Positions 1-9,100 of a stretch of DNA of 64,000 nucleotides are shown here, one piece after another (positions within the stretch are counted from its first letter, which is position 1; each line of letters opens with the position of its first letter). Position numbers and translations under genes: made by a program. The stretch spans positions 224,001 to 288,000 of the forward strand of contig OZ223497.1 in the NCBI GenBank assembly GCA_965140785.1. Direction: 5' to 3'. The notes beneath the pieces were generated by a model. The model saw nothing but the letters and a program-made list of their open reading frames with translations. It was not told where the DNA came from and did no database searches. The stretch comes from an uncultured Ruficoccus sp. (GTDB lineage Bacteria; Verrucomicrobiota; Verrucomicrobiia; Opitutales; Cerasicoccaceae).

Positions 1-543
1 ATCGACGCCCTCATTGCGGCGCTCCAGGATTATCCGGGCACCCTGATCTTCATCAGCCACGACGTGTACTTCATCCGCAAGATCGCCCGCAGCGTGCTGC
101 ACATCAGCGCGGGCGCGCTCACGCCCTACGCCGGCGACTACGACTATTATTTGTATAAGTCCCAGTCCGGCGACGAGCGGGAGGCCCTCACCGTCGGGGA
201 CAAGCTCAGCAACCTGCGCCCGGACGAAGCCGCCGCCCGCCCGCAGAAAGGCCCGGCGGAAGCCACCGCTTCGTTCAAATCGAAGGAGCAGAAGCGTGCT
301 GAGGCGAAGGCCCGGCAGGAGCGGGCGAAGATCCGCGCCGAGGTGGACCTGCTGGAGGAGCAGATTTGCAAGCTGGAGGATAAGCAGCGCGAGCTCACCG
401 CTCAGTTGGAGGACCCGGAACTCTACGAAAGCGACAGTGCGAAGGTCATGCAGCTGAACCGCGACCTGCTCGCCCTCAACGACGAACTGGAGCGCCTGAA
501 CGAGCAGTGGATGCAGGCGGCGGAAAAACTCGGCGAGGGTTGA
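1..543 (+). CDS. ABC-F family ATP-binding protein, C-terminal part (5' truncated by window)
   Basis: Frame open from base 1: IDALIAALQDYPGTLIFISHD-YFI, then Y.GDYDYY and a C-terminal coiled coil (LEDPELY), typical of Uup/YheS-like ABC-F proteins. Confidence 0.9.
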   Translation: MDALIAALQDYPGTLIFISHDVYFIRKIARSVLHISAGALTPYAGDYDYYLYKSQSGDEREALTVGDKLSNLRPDEAAARPQKGPAEATASFKSKEQKRAEAKARQERAKIRAEVDLLEEQICKLEDKQRELTAQLEDPELYESDSAKVMQLNRDLLALNDELERLNEQWMQAAEKLGEG

Positions 544-679
544 GCACGCACTCCGGTTATCCCGGCCCGCGCATTCGCGGTTGACGCCGGGGTGGGGGTG
601 GCGTTTTTATTTGCCAGGCGTATCCATGCGGGCCACCTGTTCGCATACGTTCCAGTGATCCGGCCATTCCCTCTCTCAC

Positions 680-2332
680 ATGACCGACCAAAGCGCTGCC
701 CAACTCTTGGTTAAATGTCTCGAAGCCCACGGGGTCGAGTTCGTCTTCGGCATTCCCGGCGCGAAGATCGACAAGGTGTTCGACGCGCTGGAAGATTCGC
801 CGATCAAGGTCGTCCTCTGTCGGCACGAGCAGAACGCGGCCTTCATGGCGGCTTCCTACGGGCGCCAGACCGGTAAGCCGGGCGTGGTGCTCGTCACCTC
901 CGGCCCCGGCGTGGGCAACCTCGCCACCGGCCTGCTCACCGCGACGACCGAGGGAGACCCTGTCGTGGCACTCGGGGGCAATGTCCCGCAGAACATGAAG
1001 TTCAAGGAGTCGCACCAGAACACCGACAACGCCAAGCTGCTCGAATGTGTGACCAAATCGAGCGTCGAGGTGACCGCGCCGGAGGTGGTGCCCGAGAGCT
1101 TGGCCAACGCCTTTCGCCTGGCGGCTGCTCCTCGCGCCGGGGCCTGCTTCATCAGCCTGCCGCAGAACATCATGCTGACCGATGCTTCGAAGCTGTCCGC
1201 CTATACCGCCCCGCCCATCGCCTTCGGGCGGGCACGCACGTCGGCCATCGCCGATGCCGCCGAGCGCCTGGGCCAGGCCCGTGCGCCCGTGCTGCTGCTG
1301 GGCGAGGAGGCGAGCCGCCCGGACAACCACGCCGCTATCAACGCCTTTCTACAAAAACACCCGATACCGGCCATCAACACCTATCAGGCCGCCGGGGTCA
1401 TCTCGCGGGAGAATATGCCCTGCTTTTATGGGCGGGCGGGCCTGTTCCGAAATCAGCCCGCCGACCGCGTGTTGGACAAGTCGGACTTCGTGGTGAGCGT
1501 CGGCTTCAATCCGGTGGAGTACGATCCGGAGACCTGGAACGCCGACATGGACAGAGACATCCTCCACATCGACTACGCCTGCGCCAACGTCCACTCCCAG
1601 TACCGACCCGTGTGTGAATTGTTGGGAGAGATCAGCGTGAACCTTCGCCTCCTGACCGACGCCACGCCGTCCGTCCGACGGGTCAGCTACCCGGAGATTC
1701 AGCACGAGCTTTTCTCCATCGTGGAAAACGCGGGGGAGAAGACGGGCCGCCCCGGCACTGTCCATCCGCTGCGCTTCGTGCACGAACTGGCCCAGGTCAT
1801 CGACGACGACACGGTCGTATGCTGCGACATCGGTTCGGTCTATATGTGGCTGGCGCGCTACCTGTTCTCTCACCGCCCGCACCAGATCCTTTTTAGCAAC
1901 GGCCAGCAGACGCTCGGCGTCGGACTGCCCTGGGGCATGGCGACGAAGTTTGCCTTCCCGCAGAAAAAGGTCATCTCCATCTCCGGCGACGGCGGCTTTC
2001 TCTTTTCCGCTATGGAGCTGGAGACCGCGGTGCGCGAGGGCCTGCAATTGACGCACATCGTCTGGCGAGACGGCTCCTATGACATGGTCAAGGAGCAGCA
2101 ACTCATGAAGTACCACCGGGAGGCCTCGGTCGCGCTCGGGACGGTGCATCTGCCGAGCTTTGCCCGCGCCTTCGGAGCGAAAGGCTACCAGGTCACCGCG
2201 CCCGAGGAAATTTTGCCTACCCTCCGTGAAGCCCAGGCCGTGGCCGGGCCGACACTGATCGATGTCGAAATCGACTACTCGGACAACCGGCAGCTCTTTG
2301 CCGATGCGCACGACAAGGACGTGGGGAACTGA
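680..2332 (+). CDS. alsS: Acetolactate synthase, catabolic (AlsS/BudB type), ThDP-dependent
   Basis: FGIPGAKID, RHEQNAAFMA, SNGQQTLGVGLPW and the ThDP motif SGDGGFLFSAMELETAVR are characteristic of AlsS. Confidence 0.9.
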   Translation: MTDQSAAQLLVKCLEAHGVEFVFGIPGAKIDKVFDALEDSPIKVVLCRHEQNAAFMAASYGRQTGKPGVVLVTSGPGVGNLATGLLTATTEGDPVVALGGNVPQNMKFKESHQNTDNAKLLECVTKSSVEVTAPEVVPESLANAFRLAAAPRAGACFISLPQNIMLTDASKLSAYTAPPIAFGRARTSAIADAAERLGQARAPVLLLGEEASRPDNHAAINAFLQKHPIPAINTYQAAGVISRENMPCFYGRAGLFRNQPADRVLDKSDFVVSVGFNPVEYDPETWNADMDRDILHIDYACANVHSQYRPVCELLGEISVNLRLLTDATPSVRRVSYPEIQHELFSIVENAGEKTGRPGTVHPLRFVHELAQVIDDDTVVCCDIGSVYMWLARYLFSHRPHQILFSNGQQTLGVGLPWGMATKFAFPQKKVISISGDGGFLFSAMELETAVREGLQLTHIVWRDGSYDMVKEQQLMKYHREASVALGTVHLPSFARAFGAKGYQVTAPEEILPTLREAQAVAGPTLIDVEIDYSDNRQLFADAHDKDVGN

Positions 2333-2345
2333 TCTTTTTATACTT

Positions 2346-2804
2346 ATGGAAATACTCGCCTGGTTAACGCTTCGGATCGTGTACGCCTGGATGTTCCTGT
2401 GGCCGCTCAAGGCCCTGTTCGCTGACTGGAAGGCGACCGAGGGCGTGGTCGGGCTGATCTGTCCGGCCCGGCTGGTCGGCCCCGCAGCGAAGCTCATGGT
2501 CGTGGTCATGGTGACCGGTGCACTCTCGATCCTCCTGGGCGTGCTGCCCGCGGTGGGGGGAGTCCTGCTCTTTATCTACTGCCTGATCGGAGCGGTGGCC
2601 CACTACCGGCTCGGGGCCTCGGCGACGGCTCTCTCCTTGAGCGCAACGGCGGCGGATGAAGACCGGCAAGCCTTGGCCAATGCGGCGGCCCTGGCCACCG
2701 TCGGGCACGTTACCTCGGCGGAGAAAAACTTCGTGCTGGCGGCGTTGGGGCTTTTTTTCGCGCTCGCGGGTACCGGTCCGTGGAGCCTGTGGAGGTTGTG
2801 TTAG
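2346..2804 (+). CDS. DoxX-family membrane protein
   Basis: ATG at 2346, four hydrophobic helices, LR..Y near the N-terminus, KN..L and G.G.WSL near the C-terminus. Confidence 0.7.
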   Translation: MEILAWLTLRIVYAWMFLWPLKALFADWKATEGVVGLICPARLVGPAAKLMVVVMVTGALSILLGVLPAVGGVLLFIYCLIGAVAHYRLGASATALSLSATAADEDRQALANAAALATVGHVTSAEKNFVLAALGLFFALAGTGPWSLWRLC

Positions 2805-2807
2805 GCC

Positions 2808-3500
2808 ATGAAGTATTGGTCTGCAGTTTTAGGGTACTGGGCGCTGATGGCTACGCTTTGCGCGATTGAAACAAGGACCATCGAGAATGACACGTTCGGT
2901 AAAGTCTATATTCATGCGCTGGTTATCAATCCATCGGAGAACGCTGGCTTTGGGATGATCGACAACCCCCCGGCGCAAAAGGGGAACGCTTACGCCTCGG
3001 CCCATTTTGTTCCCGGCCAGCACGCCATGATTATCAACGGCGGTTACTTTGACGCGAATTTTCACCCCGACGGTTACTGTAAGATCGATGGCCAGGTGGT
3101 TTCCGCACAGGTCAACCCAAAGCTGTCAGGCTACGTTGTCATATCCCCGGAAGGTGCGCTCGATCTCTTAGAGAAAAACGCTTCTATTGAAGGCTACCGG
3201 GATGTCATGCAAAGCGGTCCATTCATTATCGACCCCGGTGGTAAGGTCGGTATTTACTCACCCTCCGGCGATGCTAACAAGCGAACCGTCATTGCTAAAG
3301 AAAATGATGGCACGCTGCTCATTCTGACCACCTCTGGGGTTCGCCTGTTCGAATTGGCCAAGATACTCCGAGAGGAATTTCCCGATATTGAGCGGGCTCT
3401 GAATCTGGACGGTGGGCCGTCAACTGCCGTAATCACGGATAAACTGCGGATGAATAATCTTAATCCTGTACGCAATTTTATCATAAAAAAACATGAGTGA
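2808..3500 (+). CDS. Secreted phosphodiester glycosidase (NAGPA-like) family protein
   Basis: Signal peptide; INGGYF, QSGP, RTVIA and ALNLDGGPS motifs. Confidence 0.8.
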   Translation: MKYWSAVLGYWALMATLCAIETRTIENDTFGKVYIHALVINPSENAGFGMIDNPPAQKGNAYASAHFVPGQHAMIINGGYFDANFHPDGYCKIDGQVVSAQVNPKLSGYVVISPEGALDLLEKNASIEGYRDVMQSGPFIIDPGGKVGIYSPSGDANKRTVIAKENDGTLLILTTSGVRLFELAKILREEFPDIERALNLDGGPSTAVITDKLRMNNLNPVRNFIIKKHE

Positions 3501-3876
3501 CCGATACAACAAGGGCCTGAAAGTCATGCGTGAACACCTCGGCCCTGACGCCGACAAGTACGTGGAAAACATCCGCGAGGTCTCACCACTCTTTGCCAAG
3601 GTGAACGTCGAGTTCGCCTTCGGGGATATCTACGGGGACAAGCGCAACGTGCTCGACCCCAAGGTGCAGGAGCTGATCACGCTCTCAGCGCTGACTGTGA
3701 TGGGCAACGCCCTTCCCCAGCTCCGGTTGCACGTGCACTGCGCCCTGAACGAAGGAGCGACCAAGGAGGAGATCACCGAAACGATCACCCAAATGATCGC
3801 CTACTGCGGCTTCCCGTCAGCGACGAATGCCATCATGGCGGCGAAAGAGGTTTTTAAGGAAAAAGGCCTCTTGTAG
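3493..3876 (+). CDS. Carboxymuconolactone decarboxylase (CMD) family protein
   Basis: EFAFGDIY..LD.K..ELITLSAL..G..PQL..H...ALN.GAT.EEI.E....AYCGFP pattern; 8-nt overlap with the upstream gene. Confidence 0.85.
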   Translation: MSDRYNKGLKVMREHLGPDADKYVENIREVSPLFAKVNVEFAFGDIYGDKRNVLDPKVQELITLSALTVMGNALPQLRLHVHCALNEGATKEEITETITQMIAYCGFPSATNAIMAAKEVFKEKGLL

Positions 3877-4340
3877 TGGCCGGGTATGACAGCCTTCGAC
3901 TCTTAGTTTAAAAAGTCGAACACGCCTTTATCGTTGGCAGAGGGGAGAGAACCCCGGCCCTACTCGACATCGACCGGTGCCACATGCCAGTCGAAATAAA
4001 GACTCATGCGGACATCTCCCCGCAGCGGGCGGGGGGGGTGCGCTCAATCACGTTGTCCCGACGTCCCCAGGAGTGCCAGATAAAGGGCAGCTCTTCTTTC
4101 TGCAACCGGTGGGTGAAGTTATAGACATGGGCGCGCTCCACCGACCTAGCTTTTTGAAAGCGATAGAGACATCGAAGTCAATATTATGGCTAAAATCCAT
4201 CTGGTCTATATTTTATAAAGGTAAGCATTTTCCTTTAGATTGATTCTTTAGTTCAGGCTGTTCGAGATTAGCAAAGGTATATTTGTTTTGACATCGATGT
4301 AACTATTGGTTCTTTTAGATCGCAAACTTAAGAAAGAAAT

Positions 4341-5828
4341 ATGATGGCTCAAATATCTAATGATGAGATTGCGGACTATCGCCGGAAGGTGATGGGTTGC
4401 TGGCTGGGAAAGGCTGTGGGCGGCACCCTTGGCATGCCCTATGAAGGATGTGCTGGTCCGCTGGATTTAGACTTTTACCGGCCGGTGCCGGAGACGATGC
4501 TGCCCAATGACGACCTGGACCTGCAGGTGCTCTGGGCCTGCCTGCTGAATGAACAGAAACACCCCCGGGTCGGGCCAGAGGTGTTTATCCGAGGCTGGTC
4601 GGAGTGCGTGGATTTCCCTTGGGATGAATATGGGGCATGCAAGCGCAATCTTAAGAACGGCATCCTGCCTCCGCTCACCGGGAGCTTTGACAACTGGTTC
4701 ACCAACGGTATGGGCGCAGCTATCCGCAGCGAGATATGGGCCTGTCTGGCGCCTGGAAATCCGGCCCTGGCGGCGGCCTATGCGCGGGAGGACGCCTGTC
4801 TTGACCATGCCGGCGAAGGCCTTTGGGCCGAGGTTTGGCTGGCGGCTTTGCAGAGCGCGGCCTTTGTGGAAAGCGACATTAACCGGGTGATCGAGATCGG
4901 GTTTGAATACATCCCGGAGAGCACGAGCCTGCGTGCGGCCATTGAGGATACGCGTCAATGGTTCGAAGCCAGCGGAGACTGGCGTACGGTGCGTTGTCAA
5001 ATCCTGGAGCGCTACGGACACGAGAACTTTACCAACGTGACGGAAAATCTGGCCTTTATCTTCCTGGCGCTGCTGGACGGGGCGGGAGATTTCAGCCGGA
5101 GTATTTGCACCGCCGCCAACTGCGGGAAGGACACCGACTGCACAGCGGCCACGGTAGGTGCTTTGTTGGGGATCATGAATCCAGACTCGATCGATGAAGA
5201 ATGGCTGCGCCCCATTGGCAGAAACCTGGTGCTCAGTCCGGAAATAACCGGCATCAACCCGCCGGATACGCTGGATAAGTTCACGGACATGGTGCTCGAA
5301 CTGCGCGAGCGTCTGGGCGGCGAAATGCCCATTCGCGCCGAGGCCGAGACCCTGCCGCGAGACATGTCTGTCCCTGCGCGCATCGGCAGCGCCAATCTGG
5401 ACTGGTTCAGCCATGGTTGGGGGACCGGCCGCCCGCTGGAGTTGAAGATGCCGGAGATGAAGCCGGTGACTTTCTCCGGCACATTTGTCACCTTTGATGC
5501 CGCGCAGGTGGAGGAGGACGCCCTCTTCATCGAGTACCGGTTTAAGCTCGAACGGTCCACGCAGGCGCGGGTGATGTTCAACACGCACGAGAACTGCCGC
5601 GTCTTCCTGAACGGAGAGTATGTCTTCGGGCGGGAAGAGGGACGAATGGCGCCATCTCCGCATCGGGTCCCCTACAATCAATCGGTGGACGCGTGTCTCG
5701 ACGCAGGTGAGCATACGCTCGTCGCGGTTTTGAAGCGGCCCGAACCGGTGCGCCAGATCGAGTGGGTGGTCGGAGTGAGTGATTGCGAAGACAACGACCA
5801 GTTTATCCCCGGCATTTGGGTAGAGTAG
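4341..5828 (+). CDS. ADP-ribosylglycohydrolase family protein with C-terminal beta-rich domain
   Basis: GCWLGKAVGGTLGMPYEG, NDDLD, GAAIRSEIW and G.DTDCTAATVG motifs. Confidence 0.85.
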   Translation: MMAQISNDEIADYRRKVMGCWLGKAVGGTLGMPYEGCAGPLDLDFYRPVPETMLPNDDLDLQVLWACLLNEQKHPRVGPEVFIRGWSECVDFPWDEYGACKRNLKNGILPPLTGSFDNWFTNGMGAAIRSEIWACLAPGNPALAAAYAREDACLDHAGEGLWAEVWLAALQSAAFVESDINRVIEIGFEYIPESTSLRAAIEDTRQWFEASGDWRTVRCQILERYGHENFTNVTENLAFIFLALLDGAGDFSRSICTAANCGKDTDCTAATVGALLGIMNPDSIDEEWLRPIGRNLVLSPEITGINPPDTLDKFTDMVLELRERLGGEMPIRAEAETLPRDMSVPARIGSANLDWFSHGWGTGRPLELKMPEMKPVTFSGTFVTFDAAQVEEDALFIEYRFKLERSTQARVMFNTHENCRVFLNGEYVFGREEGRMAPSPHRVPYNQSVDACLDAGEHTLVAVLKRPEPVRQIEWVVGVSDCEDNDQFIPGIWVE

Positions 5829-5855
5829 CTATCATTAAAATAACCCGCATATTAA

Positions 5856-6029
5856 ATTTCTGTTTGTCGAAGGATCGCTCCGTTCAGGCGCTGGCTGTCA
5901 TGCGCCTGCCTCGTCCTGTCTCTGAGCCCATGTGTCGCTCAAACCGAAGAAGTGGAGACGGTCGTCTTCATCGGTGACAGCAACACTCCGCATGCCCCCA
6001 ATGTGGAGCGGCTGCGGACGGCTGCGTAA
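5856..6029 (+). pseudogene. Truncated SGNH/GDSL hydrolase remnant
   Basis: Manual translation: signal-peptide-like RRWLSCACLVLSLSPCVAQ, then VVFIGDSNT (block I, 5961-5987), stop at 6027-6029; no ATG (ATT at 5856). Confidence 0.6.
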
Positions 6030-6073
6030 GTATCGAGCTGGCGGATTGTTGTCTCCTCGAACTGCTTATCCAT

Positions 6074-6103
6074 AAAAAAAGGCCTGCGCACGTGCGCAGG
6101 CCT
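6074..6103 (-). terminator. Intrinsic terminator of the giant GH81/GH3 gene
   Basis: Palindrome AGGCCTGCGCACGTGCGCAGGCCT running into a T-tract on the minus strand, about 30 nt after the stop codon. Confidence 0.85.
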
Positions 6104-6134
6104 CGAAGGTCAATCAGGTTGATGTTGGCATTCG

Positions 6135-9100
6135 CTACTGAACATCCACCGTCCAGGTCGTGCTGGCGTCGCGGGCCAGGCCGGTGCCGTTGACCGCACG
6201 GACGCTCCAGGTGTGGGAACCGGCGGCAGGGGCGGGGATGGTGACGGACTGTAGCTGGTCGCCATAAACTTCCACTTCCCACAGCGAATGCCCGTAAGGC
6301 GTCGGCGTGTAGATGAAGTAGATATTGAGGTAGCGGGCGATGCCGGAGAGGTTAGTCAGATCGTCGGTGTCGCCGTCACCGGTGGCGGTGTAGTACAGCT
6401 CCGTCCAGGTCTCGCCGTCGATGGAGGTTTCGACGCGGTATTCTGAGGCGTAGGCATCTTCCCATTCGAGCACCACGCGGTTGACCAGGTAGTCGGCGCC
6501 GAGGTCGATCGTGAGGGTCTGCGGACTGAAGTTGTCGCTGGACCAGCGCGTTCCCAGGTCGCCGTCGGTGACGGCGTCGTAGGTGCCTTGGTTCGTGGAT
6601 GAGGCGACGTAAGGCCGGTGCAGGGCGATATTGGAACTGTCGGTGATAAGCGCTTCCGGCTCGACCTCGCCGATTTTGACCCCGTCGTAGTAGAACTCAT
6701 ACGCCTCGATCCCGCTGCCGGCGTCCACGATGTTCTCCCAGAAGAAGGACAGCGGCGTGCCCGCCGTGGCGATCGCGTTGTTGGTGGGAGCGATCAGCGC
6801 GAAGACAGGCGGCAGGGTTGTGTCGCTGAGTGTAAACGTGGCCGTGCCGGAGCTCTGCTCGCCGCCTGCCCAGTTCACGGCCCGCACTTCCCAGGTATGG
6901 GCGCTACTGGTCAGGGCGAGGTTGCGGTGGTCCCACGAGGTTTCGGTGGTCGAGTGGACCTTGACGCCGTCAACATACACGTCGTAGCCGCGGATGCCGG
7001 TGTCGGCGTCTGTGCTCGCCGTCCACGAGAAGCTCGGCAGGTCGGGGCCGTAGGTGGCCGCATCAGCCGGGACCTGAAGCGCCGGAGCGCTCGGGGCGGA
7101 GGCGTCGGTCAGGCCGTAGTTGTCCAGACCGGAACCATACTGGAACAACGGATCGCCGTAGATCGGCGGGACGGGTTCGCCCGCCGCGATATGAGCGACG
7201 ATGGCGTCAATTTCGGCCTGAGTCGCGCCGAGGTCGAAGGGCAGGTCCCAGCGCTCGACAGCGTCGATCTGGTCTTTACCGCCGATCTGGGCCATCGACC
7301 GCGGCAACTGCCAGGGCGTCTTGCCGGTGGGCACGTAGTCCCCGAAGAGGATCTGGGCCAGGGCCGGGCCGCCACCGTCACCGGCGCGGTAGGTCAGTAG
7401 CAGCGCGTCGGCATCGAGTTCGGGTGAGCCGAGCACGCTGGGACGTGCCATGACATAGACCACGACCACGGGGATATTCTGGTCCAGGTAGCCCTGGATG
7501 ACCGCCGTCTGCGCTGCGGGCAGGTAAGGCTCGTCCTGGGCCCAGGCCGTGCCGTGGGTGTAGGAGGCTTCACCGACCACCACGACGGCGAGATCGGGCG
7601 TCGTCGTCAACTCGGCGGCGGTGAAGACATTGATGCCCGCTTCGGCCGCCCGTTCCCGGATGGCCTGCACCGGCGTGCGGGAGCCCTCCGTCTGGTGGAA
7701 AAAGCTCGTCCAGATGACCCACTGCGAGCCGGTCTCGGCGAACGGGCCGTCCACCACGATGTTGCTGCCGGCGGGCAGGCTGAGCGGGAGGATGCCGTCG
7801 TTGGTCAGCAGGGTCATGGACTCGCGGGCCGCCTGGATGGCGAGGTCATAGTTGTGGTGACTGCGCCATTCGCTTTCGCCATAGAGGTAGTCGCCGTAGG
7901 GATTTTCGAAGAGGCCCAGGCGGAACTTCATGTCGAGGATGCGGCGAACGCGATCGTCGATAATAGCGGGGGAAACTTCCGTGTCGAAGTCTTCCAGCTC
8001 CGGCGTGCCCGGGTCGCAATCATGCCGCAGCGAGGGGTCGGAACCGCCCATGACATCGCAACCGGCTTGGGCGGCGGAAATCCACACCCAGCTGTCGAGC
8101 CAGTCGCTGCAGATCAGCCCGTCATAGCCCATGTTGTTGCGCAGGTAGGAGATGATGTACGGGTTGTCGCCTGCGCCATTGGAACTCGGGCCAAACAACG
8201 GCGCACCGCCGTAGCCGGGCATGATGCCGCCGGTCCCGGCTTCGATGGCCGCATGCCAGGGGCGCATGTGGTAATGGACAGTGGTGCCGTCGTAAACCAT
8301 GACGCGCTCGCCGCCGGCGCCCTGGCCCGGCCAGTGCTTGGTCGTGACCCAGACGGATTGCGGGTTGATTTCCGGCCCGGCCTGCAGGCCGACCAGGAAG
8401 GAGCGGATAATGGCGGCGGCCACATCGGCATCCTCGCCGCAACCTTCCTGGATGCGCGGGTACAGCGCCATGGTGCCGACTTCGGCGATGGGGGAGAGCG
8501 TACCGCGAGCACCGACGGCGATCATTTCGCGCCGCTGCATGTCACCGAGTTCACGGATGAGGTCGTAGTTCTGCATCGCCGCGAACGAGCTCCCGGTCGG
8601 GAACGACGTCCGGTAGCCATGGGTGGTGTCCGCGGTCGTGATGGACGGGATGCCCAGTCGCGTGGCGGCATTACCCAGTTGGGTGGTCTCCTCGTAGGAG
8701 GGATCGACGGGGCCGAAGTCGAAACCGGACAACGGGTCGTCATCTGCCGCGAAGAACATTTGGGAGACTTTCTCAGTCAGCGTCATGCGCGAGAGCAGAT
8801 CGTCCACGCGGGTATCGATGGACTGCGTCCAGTCTTCGAACGGCTCGATGGTGCCATTACGGTTCATGTCGCGGCAGCCGTTGACGATGTCGATACCGTC
8901 GTCCACCTGTTCCAGGGTGGGCTGATAAACGCTGAAGGTGTGGATGTCCGAGCGCGGATCGGTGGCTCCGTCCACAGCGACGACGTACCACTTATAGGTC
9001 CAGCGGTCGGGCAGGGGTTCGGTCAGCGCGAAGGACGTGGTGGTGGATTCGCCGATCTTCGTGTAGCGGTCGAGCAGGCTGCCCGGCTGCGTGAAGTCGT

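Noticed and set aside
544..679. TPP riboswitch upstream of alsS
   Set aside because: No CTGAGA or other TPP aptamer consensus seen.
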